Shown here piece after piece: positions 43,120-53,510 of a stretch of 64,000 bases of DNA. The stretch lies in the NCBI GenBank assembly GCA_963667565.1, contig OY763415.1:1536001-1600000 (forward strand). Reading direction: 5' to 3'. Below the pieces are notes generated by a model. The model made no database searches, was not told the DNA's origin, and was given only the letters and a program-made list of their open reading frames with translations. A program made the translations under genes and the position numbers. The DNA is from Acholeplasmataceae bacterium. Lineage in GTDB: Bacteria; Bacillota_I; Bacilli_A; Acholeplasmatales; Acholeplasmataceae. How positions within the stretch are numbered: the first letter of the stretch is position 1; each line of letters opens with the position of its first letter.

Positions 43120-45102
43120 ATGAACAGCGAAGAGAAACTAAAAATTTACGAAGTGATGTCTGAAATACGTGATAGTTTTATAGAAATAAAACCCCAAGAT
43201 TTAGATCGTATGATTAATCACGCTTTATTTAAGATAGGTAGACTTGTTCATCAAGATCGTGCCTATATTTTTGAATATGACTTTGTTTCAAACACTACGT
43301 CTAATACCTATGAATGGTGTGAAGATGGTATTGAACCTATGATTGATTATTTACAAAATGTGGCATTATCAGACATCCATGATTTTGTTGATACACATTT
43401 GCGTTTTGAAACCATGAACATTCCTAATGTGTCTAAACTAGGTAATGATTCAGAAGTGAAAAATATATTAGAATCACAAGGTATTCAAAGCATGGTTGCT
43501 ATTCCTTTAACATATCATGAGAGCCTAGTTGGTTTTATTGGTTTTGATGCTGTCACACATTTATATGAGTTTAGTGATTTTGAATTAAAAGTACTTCAAG
43601 AGTTTGCAAGTATTTTAGTGATTCATATGATGCAAAACAAGATGAGAAACATTGTTGTCGATAGAGAAAGAAAATTAGAACTTATTGTTGATCAAACACA
43701 AATAGGTATATGGGAATATTTAATCATTGGACAATTTGTATACATCAATGAAGTCTATGCAAAATCTTTAGGATTAGACTACAAAAAAATGGCTAAAATG
43801 ACAAACGCTCAATGGAAAGAGTTTATTCATCCTGATGATAAAGAAAAGTTTTCAAAACATGTCAGCATGTTGATGCAAAAAGAAAAAGAACATACAAATT
43901 TCGTTGCTAGAATTAAACACAATGATGGACACTATGTCACCTTTAATATTCATTTAACGCTTATATCTGATATAGATTCCGGTGAAGAAAAAATATATGG
44001 AACGATGATTGATATTACTGAGATTGTAAAAAATCATGATCAATTATTAACATTTGAACGTGCGGTTTATAATAATGCAACACCAATTTTTATAACAAAC
44101 GGCGAAAAAGAAGTTACATTTATTAACCCAATGATTACCGAAATGCTTGGATTTACATTAGATGATGTCATAGGAAAACGACCAGAGTTTATTGGCGCTA
44201 ATCTACCCATTCATGAACTTATAGCTATTTATCAAACCATCGATCAAGGTGAATCATGGTCAGGTGAAATGCTTGTTGGTAGAAAAGATGGTTCATCCAT
44301 TCCATTGTCAGTACATGTATCACCCGTTTTAAATGAACAAAAAAAGATTATTAATTATATTGGTACATTTATAGATATTTCAGAACTTAAGCATAAAGAA
44401 AATGTATTAAAAAACAAAAATTCAGTGCTTGAAGATATGGTTTATGACAAGATTAGTGAATATAATGAATTATTACAAGTATCAACATTAGCCTTCGCTA
44501 CATTAACTGAAAAAAGAGATCACGAAACGGGTAAACATATTCTAAGAGTTCAACACTTATGTAAGGCATTGACAGAAGAACTTGTGAAAACACCTAAATA
44601 TAAAGATGAGTTTAATAAAAAATCATATGTTGATGCCATCTATCAAGCAGCAAGTCTTCATGATATTGGTAAGATTGCGATTCCTGATCGAATTTTATTA
44701 AAACCGGGTAAACTTGATGAGGAAGAATGGGAAATCATGAAAACTCATGTGCAAATTGGAGCAGACACCATTAAAGAAATGTATGGTCAAAATACAAGTA
44801 ATCTTTTATTAGAGGTTGCAGAAAACATGATTAGATATCATCATGAAAAATGGAATGGTACTGGTTACCTAGAGGGTCTTCAAGGTGAAGATATACCACT
44901 TAGTGCCCGTATCATGAGCATTGCTGATGCATATGATGCTATTCGTTCAAAACGCCCATATAAAGAAGAAAAGGATCATCAAACCGCTGTTGCACTGATC
45001 TTAAAAGATGCAGGTACACACTTTGATCCATATTTAATTGATGTCTTTAAACAGGTTGAACATCAATTTGAACAAATTTATCAAACATATAGAGATGAAT
45101 AA
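43120..45102 (+). CDS. GAF-PAS-PAS-HD-GYP cyclic dinucleotide phosphodiesterase
   Basis: GAF DRAYIF..YEWC; PAS IHPDD and GRKDGS; ETGKH, LHDIGK, HHEKWNGTGY, ADAYDA, FDP. Confidence 0.9.
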   Translation: MNSEEKLKIYEVMSEIRDSFIEIKPQDLDRMINHALFKIGRLVHQDRAYIFEYDFVSNTTSNTYEWCEDGIEPMIDYLQNVALSDIHDFVDTHLRFETMNIPNVSKLGNDSEVKNILESQGIQSMVAIPLTYHESLVGFIGFDAVTHLYEFSDFELKVLQEFASILVIHMMQNKMRNIVVDRERKLELIVDQTQIGIWEYLIIGQFVYINEVYAKSLGLDYKKMAKMTNAQWKEFIHPDDKEKFSKHVSMLMQKEKEHTNFVARIKHNDGHYVTFNIHLTLISDIDSGEEKIYGTMIDITEIVKNHDQLLTFERAVYNNATPIFITNGEKEVTFINPMITEMLGFTLDDVIGKRPEFIGANLPIHELIAIYQTIDQGESWSGEMLVGRKDGSSIPLSVHVSPVLNEQKKIINYIGTFIDISELKHKENVLKNKNSVLEDMVYDKISEYNELLQVSTLAFATLTEKRDHETGKHILRVQHLCKALTEELVKTPKYKDEFNKKSYVDAIYQAASLHDIGKIAIPDRILLKPGKLDEEEWEIMKTHVQIGADTIKEMYGQNTSNLLLEVAENMIRYHHEKWNGTGYLEGLQGEDIPLSARIMSIADAYDAIRSKRPYKEEKDHQTAVALILKDAGTHFDPYLIDVFKQVEHQFEQIYQTYRDE

Positions 45103-45211
45103 GTGCCAAAACTATGGCACTTTTTTGTTTCTTATCGAAAGAAATGCTCAATTAGTTGTATTTTCGTAAAGAAAAATATATGATTATATTGAAAGAGGAG
45201 GGCGGAGAAAA

Positions 45212-46873
45212 ATGAAATTTTTGTTTAAACACTTAGTTTTACCAATTTTGATTTTGTTAGCAATTCCAGCTGCATTATTATTTTTTGCATATAACGATGT
45301 ATCCATTCCAACTGATGACTATCAAGCTTCATCAAGCGTGGATTTAGCATCAATGATTTCAACTGAAATGGATTCATTTTTAACGAATCCAGATACAACA
45401 TCTGCTATTTCATTAGATATCGATCAAGCTGATGTTAATACCATGATTAAAGATAACTTACTTGTTAACTTAAATGAGAATTATTTAGACGGTTTAGGTG
45501 GTGACAATGATAGTTATGTGATTAAACAAGACTATTTTGGTTACCAAGGTTCTTGGGTAAGATTTAGTGAAGATACTGTTGAGATTGAATCAGGGGCTCA
45601 TGTATTTGTTGGTGATTTTACGTATAAAACAAGTTTATTGATTGCGTTTAAACTTGATGTAAACACAGAAGAAATCACATTGACACTCGATAAGATTAAT
45701 ATTGGACATATTCCGCTTGCTTGGGTGTTTGGTGTAGCTGATTGGGCAGTTAAAACAGCATCAGGCACGGGCATTGAAGAAATGATTAATAATCAACTTA
45801 ACGGTCTTGCAACATTTGATCCTCAAACAAGAGAAATCAAATTTGATGTACAAGATCTCATAGATCAACAAGTTGGACAAGATGATCCCGAAAGTGCAGC
45901 ACTTATCAATTCATTACTTACATTTTTAGGGCAAAATGAATTATTAGATATTGGTTTTACAGATGGAAGTTTTGATGTTTCACTCGGTTTAGGTAAACTA
46001 CTTGATACAACTTCTCCATTTGTATTAAATGCAGCAGATCAAATTACTGATGCTACTGATCTTCAAACCATATTAGAAGCAAAAGCAACTTCAATTGCAG
46101 TAAGTATTTTAACAACAAATACAGATCCGTTTATTGATTTAGATGAATTTACGTTAAATCGTATGATGGATTATATGATGAGAGATACCATGAGTTCACC
46201 AGGTGTATTGTTTTCAACAACATTTATGGAACAATATACACTGACTGCGGGTATGCTTTATGTCACCATGGATGATAATTTTGTCGTTAACATTCCACTT
46301 GAAATTGTTGATCAAAATGATACAAATAAAAAATTTACAACCATCATTAAAATAGATGCAACACCATCGATTGAAAATGGATCGGATTTTGTGATTACAC
46401 TTAATGGTTTATCAGCAGGACAAGTGACACTTGATGGTGAGCATATGGATTCAATATTAGCACTTATAGGTGAAAATGATTATATTACTGATGGAAAGAT
46501 TGTCATTGAAGATTTTGATGCTCAAATGCAACAAGTTGGCATGTCAATTAGTGATATTGAAGTATCTGGTTCTAATTTAAGACTTTATGTTGATTTATCT
46601 GGCACACTTGACTTAACTGATTTACAAGATACGATTCAAAATGTATTAGATAATACGATTGCAACTGATTATCCTGAAATCAGTGATGAAATTGATAGCT
46701 TAATATCAAGTTTAACAGATCCAAATGGTGATCCTGAGCAAGCTGCTCAAGATTTAATTGATGCAATTTCACAATTAGATGATGCAGATCAACAAGCGTT
46801 ATTTGATGATTTAGCTAGTGATCTTGAATCATCAGGTTATTCAATGGATGATATTTTAGGATTGATGCCTTAA
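45212..46873 (+). CDS. Acidic membrane-anchored extracellular hypothetical protein
   Basis: Single N-terminal TM/signal, very Asp-rich, RBS GAGGAGG, own terminator at about 46893-46922. Confidence 0.8.
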   Translation: MKFLFKHLVLPILILLAIPAALLFFAYNDVSIPTDDYQASSSVDLASMISTEMDSFLTNPDTTSAISLDIDQADVNTMIKDNLLVNLNENYLDGLGGDNDSYVIKQDYFGYQGSWVRFSEDTVEIESGAHVFVGDFTYKTSLLIAFKLDVNTEEITLTLDKINIGHIPLAWVFGVADWAVKTASGTGIEEMINNQLNGLATFDPQTREIKFDVQDLIDQQVGQDDPESAALINSLLTFLGQNELLDIGFTDGSFDVSLGLGKLLDTTSPFVLNAADQITDATDLQTILEAKATSIAVSILTTNTDPFIDLDEFTLNRMMDYMMRDTMSSPGVLFSTTFMEQYTLTAGMLYVTMDDNFVVNIPLEIVDQNDTNKKFTTIIKIDATPSIENGSDFVITLNGLSAGQVTLDGEHMDSILALIGENDYITDGKIVIEDFDAQMQQVGMSISDIEVSGSNLRLYVDLSGTLDLTDLQDTIQNVLDNTIATDYPEISDEIDSLISSLTDPNGDPEQAAQDLIDAISQLDDADQQALFDDLASDLESSGYSMDDILGLMP

Positions 46874-47064
46874 GATAAACTTAAAAATAGATAAAGATGT
46901 GGGTTTTTCCCACATCTTTTTTATATAGTAGTGACACAGGTGTCTTTTTTTGATAAAATAAACGTAATCAATTCTTAAGATAACACATAGAAATCTTTAA
47001 ATGAACTTCATCCTTTTATGGGGATAAATTGATGAAGTAGATTCTTTGACTGGGGGTTATACGT

Positions 47065-47613
47065 ATGAATGATTATGTGATGGGTTATAACCGATCAGTT
47101 ATAAATAAAGAAGATGTTTTATATGGAAAAAAAATGGTCACGAGACATCTGTTTATTTTTGATTATTTAATGGGTACTTTAGTATTTGTTACTTTCTTAT
47201 CAACGATCTCTTTGTATGAAAGCATGGAACCAAGCATCAGAATATTATTACTCACTGTAAGCATATCTGTTTTGTTGTTGTACTCTATTCAAAGAATTCG
47301 TGCACATGTACTGACCACGCGTTTAATACATGCCCAATTTGAAACAAAAAAAGATATTACGTTTCATTTTACGTTTTATCAATATATGATGAATGTTGAC
47401 ATTTATTCCATTGAAGGTAAAAAATCTTGTACACTTTCATATGAAAATCTCGAACATATTCATTACGATCCACAACTAGTTGTGATTAAATGTGGTATAG
47501 ATAAAAAGTTTTATTGGTTTAATCCATTATTTTTAAAAGATGTGACTATACATCAATTATGCGATCAGATTAAAAAATCTAATTCTAAAGTAAAAATTTC
47601 GGGAGTTATATGA
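47065..47613 (+). CDS. Hypothetical 2-TM protein (YcxB-like architecture)
   Basis: Two TMs then a beta-rich C-terminal domain. Confidence 0.6.
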   Translation: MNDYVMGYNRSVINKEDVLYGKKMVTRHLFIFDYLMGTLVFVTFLSTISLYESMEPSIRILLLTVSISVLLLYSIQRIRAHVLTTRLIHAQFETKKDITFHFTFYQYMMNVDIYSIEGKKSCTLSYENLEHIHYDPQLVVIKCGIDKKFYWFNPLFLKDVTIHQLCDQIKKSNSKVKISGVI

Positions 47614-47706
47614 TAACTCCTTTATTTTCCAGTTTATTTCCTTTTAATCCAATAAGATAGAGGTTATAATAGTATTACTATTAAAGAGTCAAAGTAGAGG
47701 ACATGT

Positions 47707-50148
47707 ATGAAAAAAATATTAAGTATCATTACAATTTTATTATTATCTATCATATTAACATCATGTGACTTAAGTTTTATTGATTATCAAAGAACTTATG
47801 AAATCACATTTGAAACTAACGGGGGAACAAGTATTAATCATATTTATGTTGATCAAACATTTTCTGCAGAGGATTTAGCACTTTATGAAACTACTAAAGA
47901 TGGATATGTGTTTGATGGTTGGTATATTGATCAAACTTTTGAACATACACTTGGTGATATTAAAGAATCATTAACAGTTTATGCGAAATGGCTAGAATTA
48001 TTTACCATTACTTGGGTAAATGAAGATGATTCAGTGCTTGCTACTTCACAAGTTGTTGAAGGTGAAACGCCTGTTTATGAAGGCACGATTCCTACAAAAT
48101 CTTATGATGGTACATATAGTTACACATTTGATACATGGAGTCCATCATTAGTCGCAGCTACAGAAGATCAAACCTATAGAGCAACATTTACACAAACCTA
48201 TGATATTACATCATTTGATGATGCAGAGATTGATGATGTATTTGGGTTCAACTTATCTGATTATATACCTGTCATTAAGACACATAATTATGAAGTGATA
48301 GATGCATCTACATCAAGTGCTTACTTCTTGTATATTAATATGAATGACTGGACACAAACAGAAGCAGATCTTTATGAAACTGAACTTAATAGCCTACTTT
48401 TATATAATAGTTCTAACGAAAGTTGGATGGTTGGAAATATATCACTATCACTTGATTTACTTTTCACATCTAGTACTTATCAAATGGTGTTAACTGCATC
48501 AAAAACAGAAACTGAAACAACATGGTTAGATGTCATTGATTTACTGGATAGAACATTTACATATGATAGTTTTTTAGACATACTTACAACGATGCAAAAT
48601 CTTTCTCATATTGGCATGTTTGAAGATAATAACGGTATAAGTATAACAGCATTTACAGATTTTTATAACAGCCAAAGTGCTGTTGATTCATACATATCAG
48701 CACTTAATAATTTAGGTTGGTATTATCATAGTGCACAATCAAGTTTATATGGTGAAGATGTCTATATCTATGATATTACCGAAACGACTGCAGCTGCAGT
48801 TTACATCACATATACACAAACACAAGTTCAACTACATTTTTGGGTGTTTGATAACACAACAACTACGGATGAACTTACAACATTTGTGAATCAAAAATCA
48901 ATTACAACATTTGAAGAAGTAAAATTTGGTAAATCAGGACTTCCAAGTGTTGGTACATATCATGTGCTTTTAATTCCAGTTGAAATTAAAGGTTCTCCAT
49001 TCCCTGCTGATTATATGACTAAATTAGAATTGGCATTTAATGGAGATGCAGCGTCAACTGGATGGCAATCTGTATCAAGTTTCTATAAGGCAAGCAGTTT
49101 TGGTGACTTAGATATCACATTTGATATCCAAATGAAATTTACAACCACTTATGATAAATCCTATTATGAAGGTTATGGTACTGACGGTGATCAATATGCG
49201 ATGGTAGAAGCTATTAACGCTTTAAATCCTACCATTGATTATAGTGATTATGACTATAATAATGATGGTGTTATTGATTCTATCTATTTCATCTATTCTG
49301 TGCAATATGATTATGATACTGACCCATGGTGGGCTTGGGTGTTTGATGCATCTTATGGTGTTGCAGATAGTATTAATAACGTTGATGGTAAATCACTTGA
49401 ATACTATATGTGGGCAAGTTATTATTTCTTATTAGATCCAATTGGTCTTAACAATTTAAATGCAAACGCAGAAACATACATTCATGAAACAGGTCACTTA
49501 CTTGGCTATATTGATTTATATCCATATGAAACTTATACATATGGACCAGTAGGTGGATTTGATATGATGGACTGGAATGTCGGTGATCATGGACCTGCAA
49601 ATAAACTCTTATTTGGATGGTTAGAACCTTTGGTTGCGACATCGGGTAGTTATACAATCACGATTGATTCCTATGCAACGGATACCGATGGTAAAAATAG
49701 TGTTATTTTAATCCCGTATAACTCAAATGATTTGGCTGATGGAGATGCATTTGATGAGTATTTACTTATTATGTTTTATACACCACAAGGTTTATATGAT
49801 GGACATTTAAGCCTATCTTATGTTCCTGATAATGCTGGTATTATTGTTTATCATGTGGATGCAAGACTTTATAGTCGTTCAACTTTTTGGGGAGATTATT
49901 TCCAATATAACAATGAAGGATTATCAGATTTCTTTACAGAAATATTAGAAGCTGATAAAAATGATACGTTCCCATCAACAAGAAGTAGAGATTATTTCTC
50001 CGATTCTGACATGCTTAGATCAGGTACACTTGATCTATCAACAGATTATAGTTGGCACCAAGGTGGCGCGATTAATGTATCTATTGAAGTCGCAAGTGCA
50101 ATTACAAATACAAGTCCAACTGTGACGCTAGTGATTAATATTGGATAA
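47707..50148 (+). CDS. Lipoprotein M6 (InhA-like) metalloprotease with InlB B-repeat-like domains
   Basis: Lipobox LTSC; ITFETNGG..KDGYVFDGWY..VYAKW repeat; DYSDYD..DGVID; HETGHLLGYIDLY; GGFDMM. Confidence 0.85.
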   Translation: MKKILSIITILLLSIILTSCDLSFIDYQRTYEITFETNGGTSINHIYVDQTFSAEDLALYETTKDGYVFDGWYIDQTFEHTLGDIKESLTVYAKWLELFTITWVNEDDSVLATSQVVEGETPVYEGTIPTKSYDGTYSYTFDTWSPSLVAATEDQTYRATFTQTYDITSFDDAEIDDVFGFNLSDYIPVIKTHNYEVIDASTSSAYFLYINMNDWTQTEADLYETELNSLLLYNSSNESWMVGNISLSLDLLFTSSTYQMVLTASKTETETTWLDVIDLLDRTFTYDSFLDILTTMQNLSHIGMFEDNNGISITAFTDFYNSQSAVDSYISALNNLGWYYHSAQSSLYGEDVYIYDITETTAAAVYITYTQTQVQLHFWVFDNTTTTDELTTFVNQKSITTFEEVKFGKSGLPSVGTYHVLLIPVEIKGSPFPADYMTKLELAFNGDAASTGWQSVSSFYKASSFGDLDITFDIQMKFTTTYDKSYYEGYGTDGDQYAMVEAINALNPTIDYSDYDYNNDGVIDSIYFIYSVQYDYDTDPWWAWVFDASYGVADSINNVDGKSLEYYMWASYYFLLDPIGLNNLNANAETYIHETGHLLGYIDLYPYETYTYGPVGGFDMMDWNVGDHGPANKLLFGWLEPLVATSGSYTITIDSYATDTDGKNSVILIPYNSNDLADGDAFDEYLLIMFYTPQGLYDGHLSLSYVPDNAGIIVYHVDARLYSRSTFWGDYFQYNNEGLSDFFTEILEADKNDTFPSTRSRDYFSDSDMLRSGTLDLSTDYSWHQGGAINVSIEVASAITNTSPTVTLVINIG

Positions 50149-50173
50149 AAAATAAAAAAGTAGCAAGAATTTG

Positions 50174-50863
50174 CTACTTTTTCTTTGGTCTCATTTGTCT
50201 TAAAGTTTCTTTTATCTCATCTGAAACTCTATAAGATTCAATGGATTTTTGAATGGTTTTTCTAAGTGTCCAATCATCTAAATGATGATGATTCATGTAA
50301 GCTAATCCTTTTGTTGGATATTTTGCTAGGATAGTCGCATAAGCCCATGCAACTGCCATTTTAGCATAATATGCATGAACTTTAAGTTCATCAAGAATAA
50401 CAATGACGCGATCAATATATGTATCTGTTAAAAAGTGTGATAGTAACATAACGGCAACAACTCTTTGTTCAAATTCTTTATCAGAATCTTTATAGGCTAA
50501 CAAAAAATCAAATGTTTGTTGCATATGCTTTCTTGCAAGTGTGAAATGGTTGCATAATGTATCATTAACAGCCCATCCATGAATTTTTGGAATATAGGCT
50601 TTGATATAGGATAGGGCTTCATCAATATCAGATAACATACAAATGACCATCGCATGAATTTGTTCTAGTTCATAACTTGATAAATCATTGGTGTCTAAAA
50701 ACTCATTTGGATTATTTTTAGATATGATTTTAGCAATACTCCGCATCTTAGGAATAGACAAACCATTAAAATTGGATTGTTCTTTATTTAATTTTTCATC
50801 AAATGCAATACGCTTCTCATTTCTTTCTCGCTTGATCATGAGTTTTACATCATTTAAAGTCAT
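50174..50863 (-). CDS. DNA alkylation repair protein (AlkD-like HEAT-repeat family)
   Basis: GLSIPKMRSIAK, WAVND, YYAKMAVAW, KTIQKSIESYR. Confidence 0.85.
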   Translation of the reverse strand: MTLNDVKLMIKRERNEKRIAFDEKLNKEQSNFNGLSIPKMRSIAKIISKNNPNEFLDTNDLSSYELEQIHAMVICMLSDIDEALSYIKAYIPKIHGWAVNDTLCNHFTLARKHMQQTFDFLLAYKDSDKEFEQRVVAVMLLSHFLTDTYIDRVIVILDELKVHAYYAKMAVAWAYATILAKYPTKGLAYMNHHHLDDWTLRKTIQKSIESYRVSDEIKETLRQMRPKKK

Positions 50864-50952
50864 ATATCCACCACCTGTCTTTATTGTATCACAGCAATCA
50901 CTTGTTCATGGCACATGATATAATAGAGATATCTAAATTGCGAGGTGATTAT

Positions 50953-51657
50953 ATGTGTGGAAGATTTACATTGGCCATATCTGCTAAACAATTATCTGAA
51001 TATGTCATGGATAAATATCACATCACAGACTATACTATAAATCATGATGCACCTAAATTTAATGTGTCACCAGGGCAACAAATCATTTCCATTTTACATG
51101 ATCAAAAACAATATCGTATTGGAACATTAAAGTGGGGTTTTATTCCTAGTTTTGCAAAAGATGACGTATCATTTCAAATGATTAACGCCAAAGCAGAAAC
51201 GTTATTTGATAAACCAGCATTTAAAGCATCTGCAATAAATAAAAGATGCGTCATTTTAGCAGATAGTTTTTATGAATGGAATAAAACAAATAAAAAGAAT
51301 CCACCAAGACGTATATTAACAACCGACCAAAAAATATTCTCAATGGCTGGTATATGGAATACATATATTAAAGACGATGGAAGTAAAGTACATACGGTTG
51401 CTATTATAACGACAGAAGCAAACGAAATGATGTCTTCATTTCATGATCGTATGCCAGTCATTTTAACTAAAAAAGGTGAAGAGATTTGGTTGAATCCATC
51501 GCTTAAAGATCAAAAGGAATTGGAAAAGGTTTTAAAACCTTATCAATCTGATCATATGAAAATGTATAAGGTATCAAAAAAAGTCAATGCAACTTCTTAT
51601 GATTTTGAAGATGCAATCATTGAAGTTGAAGATGATGATGAAGATACATTATTTTAG
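50953..51657 (+). CDS. SOS response-associated peptidase (SRAP, YedK/HMCES family)
   Basis: N-terminal MCGRF (true start at ATG 50953), WGFIP, INAKAET, FYEW, HDRMP. Confidence 0.94.
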   Translation: MCGRFTLAISAKQLSEYVMDKYHITDYTINHDAPKFNVSPGQQIISILHDQKQYRIGTLKWGFIPSFAKDDVSFQMINAKAETLFDKPAFKASAINKRCVILADSFYEWNKTNKKNPPRRILTTDQKIFSMAGIWNTYIKDDGSKVHTVAIITTEANEMMSSFHDRMPVILTKKGEEIWLNPSLKDQKELEKVLKPYQSDHMKMYKVSKKVNATSYDFEDAIIEVEDDDEDTLF

Positions 51658-51789
51658 ATTTTCTATTTTGAAAAGCCACTCAAAAAGAGTGGTTTTTTAT
51701 TTATTTTATGTATTATAGGACATATCCGCCCTGTTTTCATATAAGAATTCAAATTATAATAGAAATATAATACCCAATTATACATCAGT

Positions 51790-52239
51790 ATGATCTACCA
51801 AGGAATTGAGTGTTACTATATGAGTAATATGCAAGTTGATATCATTGGAATGATGGATGGATCAGGAAATATCGTGGTAAAATATAGCTATGATGCGTGG
51901 GGTAATATCTTATATCAATGGACATCAATCACAAACTTAGATCATATCAATCCATATCGATATGATGAAGAAATAAATCTATATTATTTGAATGCAAGAT
52001 ATTATGATCCATCAATAGCAAGATTTATATCATCTGATGATGTAAGTTTTATATCAGATGATCAAGCATCAAGTATTAATCTATATGTTTATACATTAAA
52101 CAATCCAGTAATTTATACGGACAGCACCGGTTATTGGATCGATACAGCGATAGATATTGCTTCTGTTGCGTGGAGTTTATATGATTTTATAAAAAATCCA
52201 ACATAGGCAAATGCTTGATGGTTAGCGCTTGATTTATAA
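51790..52239 (+). pseudogene. RHS repeat-associated core fragment (decayed toxin cassette 1)
   Basis: YSYDAWG, LYYLNARYYDP..ARFIS.D, NLY.Y..NNP...D..G; in-frame stops at 52204 and 52216. Confidence 0.85.
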
Positions 52240-52266
52240 TCTAATGTTTATGGAAGGGTGTAGCAA

Positions 52267-52641
52267 ATGAACATTGAAAAACAGTTTGAATTTTTGAAAA
52301 AATACGGATTTAAATTTAAAGAGCAAACCTTTATGAATGTTTATAATAGTTATTTCACTGTACATACATATAGTTTTTATAATGAAGATGGGTGTTTTAC
52401 AATATATAATCTTCCTCAAAGGGGCGAATGGGATTATTATTATTCAAAAAAATTTAGTACAGTTATGGAAAATTTACTAGATTCCAAACTAGATATATAT
52501 AAGCAAAAATCAGAAATATGGAGTAAGGCTAGGAAAACTTGGTTTTATACGATAAGGAAAGAACTAAATCTACTTGCAGGTGCAATAAAACATCAAATAG
52601 AGGACAATAATGAGTTCTATGGTATTAAGGTTTTGATTTAG
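52267..52641 (+). CDS. Hypothetical protein, putative immunity protein
   Basis: Intact 124-aa ORF with RBS directly after the RHS remnant; FEFL.KYGF N-terminus. Confidence 0.6.
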   Translation: MNIEKQFEFLKKYGFKFKEQTFMNVYNSYFTVHTYSFYNEDGCFTIYNLPQRGEWDYYYSKKFSTVMENLLDSKLDIYKQKSEIWSKARKTWFYTIRKELNLLAGAIKHQIEDNNEFYGIKVLI

Positions 52642-52857
52642 TTTTTAATCGTGTGTAATGTGGCTATATTAATAGCCAAGTTATTGCGTCCTAAAAAACA
52701 TCTAAAAAGCTTATTTTTTTGTTTTTATTGAGCCGTTTTATAGTACACTCAATTTAAATATAGTCCTCATTTTATTAATTATAACAAGACAACTTATTGT
52801 AATTGAGTGCTTTTTTATATACAAAAATAGACATATCTAAAATCATATGTTGTAGCA

Positions 52858-53501
52858 TATGATCTTGCTGGGAATCCCCTCATTAGAAGTCTTATTTATG
52901 AAGAAAATTGACAGGTATAAATTATTTAAATGATTCTACTGTGGATATTGAATATCATTATAATGATCAAGGTGTAAGAGTATCAAAAGAAACCAGTACA
53001 CATGAGTATGAATACATTGTTGATGGTACATTGATTAATATGAACTACCAAGTTATTGAGTATTACTATATCAGTAATACGCAAGGTGATATCATTGGTA
53101 TAATTCATGGAGCTGTGTTTGGTGCATTATCTGGATTAGTAGTTGATTTTGCAGTAGCGACAGCAGGAATTGGTGGTGCTGCACTCATATCTGGGGTGGG
53201 TAATTTTATGGTTGGTGCAGCAGCTAGTTTTACAAGCCAATTGTTTATAGAAAATAAGCAGGTATCTGAAGTAGACTTGGGAGCTATATTTATTACTGCA
53301 GCTCTTTCTGGATTCACAAGTGCTTTATCTGGTGCCTTCGGTGGAATGTTGAATAGCACACAAGGATGGAACTCTTCAGGGACAGTTATGCAAAAGATGA
53401 TTCAATCTATGAGTCATGTAGAAAATTGGGTGGCATCAGGAATTATTTCAATGCCATTAATAGGATTAAACATTATAGGAAGTTATTATGATAAAGTATA
53501 A
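52858..53501 (+). pseudogene. RHS/YD fragment fused to a Gly-rich hydrophobic C-terminus (decayed cassette 2)
   Basis: YDLAGNP in another frame, then YHYNDQGVRVSK and YYYISNTQGDII, jumping directly to GAVFGALSG... without the core domain. Confidence 0.75.
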
Positions 53502-53510
53502 GAGGTTAAT

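Noticed and set aside
46990..47046. ACTTCATC...GATGAAGT stem before the ORF at 47065 as a riboswitch
   Set aside because: No recognisable aptamer motif or expression platform
52201..52239. TGA/TAG recoding (code 4 or readthrough) rescuing the RHS ORF
   Set aside because: TGA terminates intact genes here (recF, rnmV, tsaE); the stops come with deletions, indicating decay
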